Shown here: positions 9,725 through 17,101 of the stretch, piece by piece
Layout: each line of letters starts with the position of its first letter
How positions within the stretch are numbered: the first letter of the stretch is position 1
From: Candidatus Eiseniibacteriota bacterium
GTDB taxonomy: Bacteria; ARS69
NCBI GenBank assembly: GCA_052390515.1
Contig: JBQTGV010000065.1
Span: 1 to 25,233 of the forward strand
Direction of reading: 5' to 3'
DNA length: 25,233 bases
Translations under genes and position numbers: made by a program
The notes under the pieces: generated by a model
Databases searched by the model: none
Told to the model about the DNA's origin: nothing
What the model saw: the letters and a program-made list of their open reading frames with translations, nothing else

Positions 9725-9801
9725 GCGCCCGTAGCTCAGGTGGATAGAGCAACGGCCTTCTAAGCCGTGGGCCGCAGGTTCGAGTCCTGCCGGGCGCGCC
9801 A
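9725..9801 (+). tRNA. tRNA-Arg(TCT)
   Basis: GCGCCCG/CGGGCGC acceptor, ACGGC-CTTCTAA-GCCGT anticodon arm, CCA. Confidence 0.97.
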
Positions 9802-9815
9802 GCGCTCCGGAACAT

Positions 9816-9892
9816 GGTGGGCGTAGCTCAGTTGGCAGAGCGTCTGACTGTGGCTCAGAAGGTCGCGGGTTCGAGCCCCGTCGTCCACCCCA
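9816..9892 (+). tRNA. tRNA-His(GTG)
   Basis: Encoded G-1 opposite C73, anticodon loop CTGTGGC, GGTTCGAGCCC T-arm, CCA. Confidence 0.97.
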
Positions 9893-9961
9893 TGTTTCGC
9901 GGACTCGCAGAACTGCCTTCTATTTGCCGGGATCGCCGAACTCGCCGCTTGCCCCCGTCCT

Positions 9962-10011
9962 AGTTCGGTGATAATGCCGAACTCATGGGAGTTCGGCGAA
10001 GCAACCGAACC
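9962..10011. promoter_or_regulatory. Two tandem palindromic operators AGTTCGG-N8-CCGAAC(T/C)
   Basis: 9962-9983 AGTTCGG-TGATAATG-CCGAACT and 9990-10011 AGTTCGG-CGAAGCAA-CCGAACC. They flank ATG 9985, and the first encloses a GATAAT -10-like hexamer. Confidence 0.65.
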
Positions 10012-10719
10012 GACCGATTCGTGGCCATTCTGGGCGATCTCGTCGCCTCCAGGGAGGTCGAGAATCGCGCGCGCCTCCAGGCCAAGCTGAAGACGACCCT
10101 GCGCCAGCTCGCCGCTCGCGAGCCTCTCCGCTCGGTGCGGGTTGCCGGTCCCGAGATCGCCGCCGGAGACGAAGTCCAGTTGCTGCTCCGCGTGCGGGAG
10201 GAGAGCCTGCCTGGACACGCTGTCCTCGGATTCCTTCGCGATCTCACCGAGGCCCTGCGGCCGACGCAGATTGCGTTCGGCGTTGGACTCGGCGGGCTTT
10301 CGACCAAGGTCTCGAGCGCGGTACGCGAGATGGACGGCCCATGCTTCCACCGCGCGCGCCGCGCCTTGCAGGTCGCCAAGCGAGGCGGCCGCTGGGCGGT
10401 CGTCGAGGGCTTCGCTCCCTTCAAGGACTTCCCTCCGTTCGACGACTCGGTGAACTCGATGCTGCGCCTGACCGGGGACATCCGGCGCGGCTGGACCGAT
10501 CGCCAGCGTGAGATCATCCAGGTTCGCGGGAACCTGAGTCTCCAAAAGGACGTCGCGAGGAAGCTGGGAGTCTCGAAGTCGGTCGTGAGTGAAGTGCTGC
10601 AGGCGGCTCGCCTTGATGCGGTTCTCGAGGCCGAGGAAGCTGCCGTCGCCCTGCTGAACCAAGCGGCGCGGCCGACGAGTTTCTTCTATCCGCAGCCGTG
10701 GACCGGGGACGATCGGTGA
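9985..10719 (+). CDS. SatD family protein (palm/cyclase-like N-terminus plus C-terminal HTH)
   Basis: AILGDLVASR, AAGDEVQ, FGVGLG, MDGPCFHRAR, and WTDRQREII..QKDVARKLGVSKSVVSEVL (HTH). Confidence 0.8.
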   Translation: MGVRRSNRTDRFVAILGDLVASREVENRARLQAKLKTTLRQLAAREPLRSVRVAGPEIAAGDEVQLLLRVREESLPGHAVLGFLRDLTEALRPTQIAFGVGLGGLSTKVSSAVREMDGPCFHRARRALQVAKRGGRWAVVEGFAPFKDFPPFDDSVNSMLRLTGDIRRGWTDRQREIIQVRGNLSLQKDVARKLGVSKSVVSEVLQAARLDAVLEAEEAAVALLNQAARPTSFFYPQPWTGDDR

Positions 10720-11435
10720 GCGAGGAATCCGCGGCGCTGGCTGCGTTGCTCGTCGCGGGGCACATGCTCGGCGACTTCGTTTTCCAGACCCGCTCGATGA
10801 TCGACCGGAAGCGGCAGCCCGCCTGGCTCCTGCTCCATGGCCTCGTGTTGGGGCTCTGTCATCTAGCCTGCTTGGTCCCGTTCTTCGGCCGCCCGGCAAT
10901 TGCAGCAGCATCGGCGATCGTTGTCGTGCACATGCTCGTCGACGGGCTCAAGGCGCGCCTGGTCCAACGCCTGCCGAAGCGCTCCCTGGAGTGGTTTGTC
11001 GTAGATCAGACCCTGCATCTGGCAACGCTGGCGACCGCATGGCTCGTCCTCCTGCCGCGGGCCGTACTGATCGATCCGTTCGGGGCGGCGGCTCCCCACC
11101 TGCTGACGCTCGGCGTCGTCACGGCCGCCTACGCGTTCAACGGGAACGGAATGTCGTGCGTCGTGGATTCGATGCTGCGCAGATTGGGGATGGCATCGGA
11201 CGAGGGTCCACCGGCAGGGCGAACGATCGGAATCCTGGAGCGCATGTTCGCCCTGACTCTCGTTCTGCTCGACCACTGGGACGCGCTCGGGTTCCTGGTC
11301 GCCGCGAAGTCGCTTGCGCGCTTCAAGGACTTGGACGACCGCCGGCGGGCGGAGTACTACCTCGTGGGCACCCTGATCAGCCTGCTCGGTGCCACGCTCT
11401 GCGCGCTCCTCGTCGGCGCCGTCCTGCAGCGCTGA
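10716..11435 (+). CDS. DUF3307 domain membrane protein
   Basis: GHMLGDFVFQT, LLHG, VHMLVDG, VDQTLH, AGRTIGILER, AAKSLARF, AEYYLVGTL. GTG overlaps the SatD stop. Confidence 0.85.
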   Translation: MSEESAALAALLVAGHMLGDFVFQTRSMIDRKRQPAWLLLHGLVLGLCHLACLVPFFGRPAIAAASAIVVVHMLVDGLKARLVQRLPKRSLEWFVVDQTLHLATLATAWLVLLPRAVLIDPFGAAAPHLLTLGVVTAAYAFNGNGMSCVVDSMLRRLGMASDEGPPAGRTIGILERMFALTLVLLDHWDALGFLVAAKSLARFKDLDDRRRAEYYLVGTLISLLGATLCALLVGAVLQR

Positions 11436-11459
11436 GGACGCCGGTCATAGCCCGCCCGA

Positions 11460-12314
11460 TTACTGTAGCCCGATCGACCCCATCACGGCGATGACGTCGT
11501 TGCGAGCGTCCCCGTTGGCGCTTTCGCCCGCGGCGTTGCTCAACCCCTTGGAGTAGCGCAGCTCGACGCCGTAGCTGCGTCCCCCCAGCGGGAAGTCCAC
11601 GCCGCCGCCGACCACGAGGCCGACGTCGACAGGATTCACCTGGTCCTTCACGTCGACGTCGATGGTGTTGCCCTCGCCCTCGAGCTTCGAGCTGGCGGAG
11701 AGGTTCACCGAGAGCTCCGGTCCGAGGAAGAGCGAAGGCCGGAACGGCGCGCCGTGCAGGAAGCCGATCTTCGCCACCACGGGAACGTCGATGTAGGTCA
11801 TGTGCGTCGACGCGGTGTAGCCGTCGGCACTCTCCGCGTCCCCCTTCACCGAGTAGAGCGCCTCCGCCTGCAGCGTCAGGCGCCGGGTGAGGGGGAGCCC
11901 CCACCAGGCGCCCGCGGCGAAGCTCTTCAGCGAACCGTCGTCCTCCAGATCCTGCGGATCGACACTCATGTTGGAGATGTTCATCCCGCCTCTCAGGCCG
12001 AAGTGGTAGGCGCGGGACGAGCGGGATCCGCTCGGATCGAAGTGCGACTCTTCGCCGGAGGACAGAGCCTCGAGCGAGGGACCCGCCGTGGATGGCTTGT
12101 CGCGGACGATCTGGTAGACGTTCGCCTTGGGAATGGAGACCGTGCGGCCGTCCGCCGTCGTGACTTCGACGACGTTATCGTCCTCTTGCACGATCGTTCC
12201 GGAGACGGACTCGATGCCGTGCTCTCCGCGCGGCTGGTAGTAGACGGTGTCGGCGTGTGCGGCGACGGCGCAGGCCAGCACGCAGCCGGCCACCGAGAGG
12301 AGGCAGCGCTTCAC
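11460..12314 (-). CDS. Outer-membrane beta-barrel (porin family) protein with small N-terminal domain
   Basis: Signal peptide; FGLRGGMNISN, LQAEALYSVKG, YIDVPVVAK, VELRYSKGLSN amphipathic strands. Confidence 0.8.
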   Translation of the reverse strand: MKRCLLSVAGCVLACAVAAHADTVYYQPRGEHGIESVSGTIVQEDDNVVEVTTADGRTVSIPKANVYQIVRDKPSTAGPSLEALSSGEESHFDPSGSRSSRAYHFGLRGGMNISNMSVDPQDLEDDGSLKSFAAGAWWGLPLTRRLTLQAEALYSVKGDAESADGYTASTHMTYIDVPVVAKIGFLHGAPFRPSLFLGPELSVNLSASSKLEGEGNTIDVDVKDQVNPVDVGLVVGGGVDFPLGGRSYGVELRYSKGLSNAAGESANGDARNDVIAVMGSIGLQ

Positions 12315-13270
12315 GGGTTCACCCCCTTGTGAGCCGAGCCGGAGCGCGGAACCTGGGCCGACCGGCTCCAGGCGGGTGCCGGCGGCGGTCCCGTCGTCCG
12401 AGTGAACGTGTCGATCAGGATACCGCTCCCGAAACCGCCCTGGTCGCCGGCGCCGGTGAACGTCCCGTGGTGGATGGCGATCGTCCCGCCGTTGTTGATC
12501 AGCACCGTGTACTTGGTCTGTGAGGCGTTGCAGTTGCTCCAGTAGTCGAGGCGAACGGTGTAGGTGCCCTGCGGCGCCAGCCCGACGCCCCAGGTGATGT
12601 TCTCGTTGCTCACGCCGTCGCCCGCGCAGGCCGCGTTGGAGTCGAGGTCCAGTTGCCCGCCCGTCGGGGACTGGCGATCGGCCCAGTAGATCTCGTTGCC
12701 CGCGGGGTCGACGACGTGGAGGTCGACGTCGGCCTCCGAGTCCCAGCTCACCGTCACCTGCACGTCACCCGTGCCCACGACGAGGGCGTTGAAGGGCGTC
12801 TCGGCGACCGTGCCGACCTGGCCCTCGGCGTCCCCCACCGCGAAGTACAGCTCGAAGTCCTCGCTCGGCAACGCCTGCGGGAACGTGAGCAGCACGTCGG
12901 CGGAGGTGCCCGACACCGGCATCGGGATCTCGAAGAAGCCGCTCACCGGAATGAAGAGCGCGGAAATCGGACTGCTGCCCGCCACGTAGACGGTCTCGAA
13001 CGGTGCATCGGAGGTGAGGCTCAACGTCGCCGTCCCGCCGTTCACGATCGTCAGGTGCCCGTCGACGGAGATCGAGGGTCCGCCGGACGTCGGCCGGGGG
13101 ATCCCGCTGGTCCGCAGCGTTCCTTCCGTTCCACCGACGGAGACGGAGGCGACGTAGTCCGCGACGGACTCCCCTTCGGCCGACGGCGAGGACGGCTCGT
13201 CGTTGCATCCGCCGACGCACAGCGCGAGGGAGGCGGCCAACGGGAGCCGCAGGAGTTTAGGCAGGGACAT
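12311..13270 (-). CDS. Lipoprotein with YfaP/DUF2135-like domain
   Basis: Lipobox VGGC; GDVQVTVSWDSEADVDLHVVDP, GGQLDLDSN, ENITW, GTYTVRLDYW. Confidence 0.75.
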   Translation of the reverse strand: MSLPKLLRLPLAASLALCVGGCNDEPSSPSAEGESVADYVASVSVGGTEGTLRTSGIPRPTSGGPSISVDGHLTIVNGGTATLSLTSDAPFETVYVAGSSPISALFIPVSGFFEIPMPVSGTSADVLLTFPQALPSEDFELYFAVGDAEGQVGTVAETPFNALVVGTGDVQVTVSWDSEADVDLHVVDPAGNEIYWADRQSPTGGQLDLDSNAACAGDGVSNENITWGVGLAPQGTYTVRLDYWSNCNASQTKYTVLINNGGTIAIHHGTFTGAGDQGGFGSGILIDTFTRTTGPPPAPAWSRSAQVPRSGSAHKGVNP

Positions 13271-13440
13271 GGCGTCACCATCGACGGGGCCCAGGCGACA
13301 GCTTTCGCTTTCGACCTTGCTGTCGGCCTCCCGGGCGCTCCACTTAAGGGAGGGTCGTCAGGGAGGTCGTCGAGCCGGGCCTGCCATGGCAGCCCAGACT
13401 TTGACGCGCGCCCGCGTCGGAATGATGCAGAATCGATGGG

Positions 13441-15945
13441 ATGTACCTGTGGGCGTTTCTCTCCGGCATCGCCGCCCTGTGCTACGAGGTGGTCTGGGCG
13501 AAGTCCTTCTCGCTGACTCTGGGCGGGACCCGCCTGGCGGCCGGTGCCGTGCTCACGGGCTTCCTGGGCGGGATGGCGGTCGGCGCGCGCGTGTACCCGG
13601 TTCTGCTCGCACGGGTCCGGCGACCGCTGCGCCTCTACGCCCTCCTGGAAGTCGGGATCGCCTTGACGGCGCTCCTGCTGACGCTGGCTCTCCCGCACCT
13701 GCCGCGGCTCTTCGTCCCGCTCTCCGAGGACCTGGGACCCGGCGCCGTCGCCGTGCTGCGCTTCGTGGTGGCGACCGCACTGCTGCTGGTGCCGTGCGCC
13801 CTCATGGGCGCCACCTTCCCGGCCCTCGGCGTGGCGGTGATCCGTTCCCGCGAAGGGCTGGGACGACGGCTCGGAGCGCTCTACGGATTCAACACCGTCG
13901 GCGCCGCGGTGGGGGCACTGCTCGCCGGCTTGGTCCTGGTGGAGACCTTCGGACTGCGTGGCACGGTGATTCTCGGAAACGTGCTGAATCTCGCGGTGGC
14001 GTCGCTGGCGCTCACGGCCGCGCGAGGCGAGCAGCCGGCTCCTCGGGCAGGCGAGGTGGACGAGCCCGTCGCGCCGTCCACGCGGGTCCCGCGTGCCGTG
14101 ACCGGAACCGTGCTCCTCCTCTCCGGCTTCGCCACGCTGGCCTACGAGATCGTGTGGTTCCGTGCGCTGACCTATCTCTTCGGGAACAGCACGCATGCCT
14201 TCTCCATGATGTTGTTCGTGTTCCTCGCCGGGCTGGGGGGCGGCTCGCTCCTGCTCGGTCCGGTTTCGCGGATACGTTCCCCGGAGCGCGTGCTCGCCGT
14301 CTGTCAGCTGCTCATCGCTCTGCTCTCCACCGCGGCGATCGCGGCGATCGCCGCCATTCTGTCCGCCCCCGAGACGGAGCGCCAGGTGAGCGTCTTCTTC
14401 GACGCCGCGCACGGGATGCGCTGGTGGCATCGCCTGCTGATCGGCACGGGGGTCACGGTGGGGACGCTGCTTCCCGCGACGTTGATGATGGGGCTGTCCT
14501 TCCCGCTGGCCACGAGCCTCTTCGTCGGGAGCACGGGCCGGCTCGGGGCCGGGCTCGGCGGGGCCGCGCTGTTGGCCAACGCCGGCAGCATCGGTGGCGC
14601 GCTGGCCGCGGCTCTGCTCGTGCTTCCGGCCTGGGGCACCTCTTCCGGCACGCTCGCCATCGCCGCGGTCAACCTCGCGCTCGGTCTTCTGCTTCTCTCG
14701 GCATCACCCGGCCGCCACTTCGCGCGCGCGGCCGCGGGCACGGCCGCAGTGATCGCCTTCGCAGTGGCAGCGAGTGTCGTGCCCCCGCAGGTGCGCTTCG
14801 CCGTCGCGAGCCGCGCGGTAGCCAGTCCCGAGCTCCTGTACGAGAAGGAGGGGGACCTGGCCACCGTGCAGGTGTGGCGCGACCGGCGGGACCACGCCCG
14901 CATGGGCATGGCCATCGACGGCACGATCATCGGCGCTACGCAGGGTTGGGGCGATTCTCCGCACAGGAAGCAGGTCTTCCTCGCGCACCTGCCGCTGCTG
15001 CTGGATGCGCGCGCGCAGTCCGTGCTCACCGTCGGCCTCGGCTGCGGCTCCACGCTCGAGGCGCTGATTGCCCACGCGAACGTGCTCTCCGCCGACGTCG
15101 TCGAGATCAACGCGCCGGTCGCGGAGGCTTGCCGCCTCTTCCACGAGGGGAGCGCGCTGGACGACCCGCGCGTGACCCTTGCCGTCGAGGATGCCATCCA
15201 CTACCTGCAGCGTGCCGATCGGCGTTGGGACGTCATCGTGTCGGACGGCAAGCAGGCGATGGCCTTCTCCGGGAACGCGAAGCTCTTGACCCGGGAGTAC
15301 TACGAGCTCTGTCTCGAGCGCATGAGCGGAACGGGGATCTTCGTGCAGTGGATGCCGCTCGGCATCGCTGCGGAGGAGTTCCGCACGATCATCCGCACGC
15401 TGACATCGGTCTTCCCGCACGTGGACTTGTTCTTCGAGCCGCCGGCGAACCTCGTGCTCACGGCGTCGCGGGAGCCTCTGGCGGGCAGGCCACGCTCCCT
15501 GGCGGGAGACGCGTCGGGCACCCGGGTGGCGAGGGACCTCGCCGAGCTCGACATCGCCGGCACCGAGGCTGTCCTGGGGCGATGGGTGGCGGACGGGCCG
15601 GCGTTGCTGGCTGTGGTGGGACCGGGCGGGACCAACACGTGGGATCGTCCGCGCCTGGAGTTCACCGCGTACCGCAACGACGCCGCGTCGCTGGAGGCCG
15701 GGACCGCCGCGATTCTCGCGCTGGTGGTGCAGTCGCGGACGGCTGCCCAGTCCTCCCCGGAGTCGGCGCTCGCCGCCACGGCGTCCGGGGAGGGCATGGC
15801 GCTGCTTCGCGCCGCTTTCGCGAGTGCAGCGGCGGGGGACGAGTCCCGCGCCCGCGAGCTGGCCGGGCAGGCGCTGGCGCGGAGTCCGGAGGATCCCGCG
15901 CTGCGGCGGTGGTCCTGGGCGCTGGGCAACGCGCCCATCGGTTGA
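13441..15945 (+). CDS. Fused MFS-like / spermidine synthase-like membrane protein
   Basis: Two TM repeats (FLSGIAALCYEVVW; LSGFATLAYEIVW), then a class I SAM-fold domain VLTVGLGCGST, VVEINAPV, WDVIVSD, GIFVQW. Confidence 0.88.
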   Translation: MYLWAFLSGIAALCYEVVWAKSFSLTLGGTRLAAGAVLTGFLGGMAVGARVYPVLLARVRRPLRLYALLEVGIALTALLLTLALPHLPRLFVPLSEDLGPGAVAVLRFVVATALLLVPCALMGATFPALGVAVIRSREGLGRRLGALYGFNTVGAAVGALLAGLVLVETFGLRGTVILGNVLNLAVASLALTAARGEQPAPRAGEVDEPVAPSTRVPRAVTGTVLLLSGFATLAYEIVWFRALTYLFGNSTHAFSMMLFVFLAGLGGGSLLLGPVSRIRSPERVLAVCQLLIALLSTAAIAAIAAILSAPETERQVSVFFDAAHGMRWWHRLLIGTGVTVGTLLPATLMMGLSFPLATSLFVGSTGRLGAGLGGAALLANAGSIGGALAAALLVLPAWGTSSGTLAIAAVNLALGLLLLSASPGRHFARAAAGTAAVIAFAVAASVVPPQVRFAVASRAVASPELLYEKEGDLATVQVWRDRRDHARMGMAIDGTIIGATQGWGDSPHRKQVFLAHLPLLLDARAQSVLTVGLGCGSTLEALIAHANVLSADVVEINAPVAEACRLFHEGSALDDPRVTLAVEDAIHYLQRADRRWDVIVSDGKQAMAFSGNAKLLTREYYELCLERMSGTGIFVQWMPLGIAAEEFRTIIRTLTSVFPHVDLFFEPPANLVLTASREPLAGRPRSLAGDASGTRVARDLAELDIAGTEAVLGRWVADGPALLAVVGPGGTNTWDRPRLEFTAYRNDAASLEAGTAAILALVVQSRTAAQSSPESALAATASGEGMALLRAAFASAAAGDESRARELAGQALARSPEDPALRRWSWALGNAPIG

Positions 15946-15976
15946 CCCGGCCCGTGGATGCTCCGCGCTGCTCGCC

Positions 15977-16882
15977 CTACCAGTCCCTCGTCCCCAGACC
16001 GTCCGGCAGGTCCTGGGACACGGCGACCGCTCCGAACAGGTGGATCAGGCAGTCGCCGTTCGACGCCGGGCTTTCCAGCTGGTAGGCGAAGTAAGCCGAG
16101 TTGGCAGGCACGATCAGGCCGGGCCGGGAGAGCACGTCCATCCACGATCCGTACGCGGACCGCAGCAGGTCGGAGAAGAGGCCGCTGGTCGCGCCGGCGA
16201 GATCACCGGCGGGCGCGGCGCTCGTGCCCGTGCCCCACCACACGCGGTCGGTCAGATCGCGTTCGGCGTCCACCGTCACCACGACGAGCCTCGCCTGGCG
16301 CTGCTGCGGCAGCGGCTGGATCGGGAAGCTCCACACCGCGCTTCGCGCATGACCGGGCACGTCCCAGCGCACGAACTCGTTCGGCTCCACGGTGCGGATG
16401 CGCGTCCACGCCGACGCCGGGTCGCGGTAGATGACCGCGAGCGCCGCTCCGCCGCGCCGCGTCCCGCCGGGCGAGAAGCCCGACATGATGAAGTTCTGGA
16501 AGCCGCCGCCGGTCACCAGCTCCGGTGCGTCGAGACGGTAGCAGTACACCCACGGATCGACGCCTCCGATCTCGTGCGCGGCGATGAGCGTTCCCGTGCG
16601 CGCGATACCGTCGATCAGGATGGTGTCGTCGCCGCCCTGTGCGGGGCCGTAGCCGGCCCAGTAGAAGCGGGCCTCGCGGATGTCCGCGGGACTGGCGGCG
16701 GGCACGTCGATGCGCAGCCGGGAAGGTTGCAGGACCAGCCCGCATCCGCTCACGGCGATGTTCAGGTGCTCGATGTTGTACGGAATGGCACCGAGCGGAC
16801 TCGTCGGTGACTCGTCGCCCGCGCCGCCGCATCCGGCGACGAGCAGGCAGACAATAGGCAGAAGGACGATTGGCGATCTCAT
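15977..16882 (-). CDS. Hypothetical lipoprotein
   Basis: Lipobox LVAGC after a hydrophobic N-region; beta-rich composition including ARFYWAG. Confidence 0.7.
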   Translation of the reverse strand: MRSPIVLLPIVCLLVAGCGGAGDESPTSPLGAIPYNIEHLNIAVSGCGLVLQPSRLRIDVPAASPADIREARFYWAGYGPAQGGDDTILIDGIARTGTLIAAHEIGGVDPWVYCYRLDAPELVTGGGFQNFIMSGFSPGGTRRGGAALAVIYRDPASAWTRIRTVEPNEFVRWDVPGHARSAVWSFPIQPLPQQRQARLVVVTVDAERDLTDRVWWGTGTSAAPAGDLAGATSGLFSDLLRSAYGSWMDVLSRPGLIVPANSAYFAYQLESPASNGDCLIHLFGAVAVSQDLPDGLGTRDW

Positions 16883-17101
16883 GGTCGGTCCGGAACGCCG
16901 GCTCGGCGCTCCGCTCCCCGGGGGGTGGGTGGGTCGCGGGCGATGGGCTGCCGGTGGGGGTGACGCTCCGGCGCCTGCATCTACTTCGGCGGAATCGTCC
17001 GGCCGATCAAGGGCGACGGCGGGGCCCGCGTGTCAGAACCCGCGAAACCCGACGTCGCGTTGTTCAGCGGAGGCAATCGCCCCGTGCGCCCGGCGGTGCC
17101 G

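Noticed and set aside
9893-10011. CRISPR-like array
   Set aside because: Units are 7-bp half-sites with short spacers and no cas genes; they fit operators, not CRISPR.
11471-11485. GACCCCAT resembling the tRNA-His 3' end (possible attR)
   Set aside because: Only about 7 nt match, inside the barrel coding sequence, with no integrase; chance level.
13203-16085. 960-aa plus-strand ORF and other long alternative-frame or antisense ORFs (e.g. 460..1866, 956..2581, 17030..18865, 19491..21812, 19978..21549)
   Set aside because: Low-information shadows (mostly Arg/Gly/Pro/Ala-rich) of recognisable genes, expected when stop codons are scarce at high GC.
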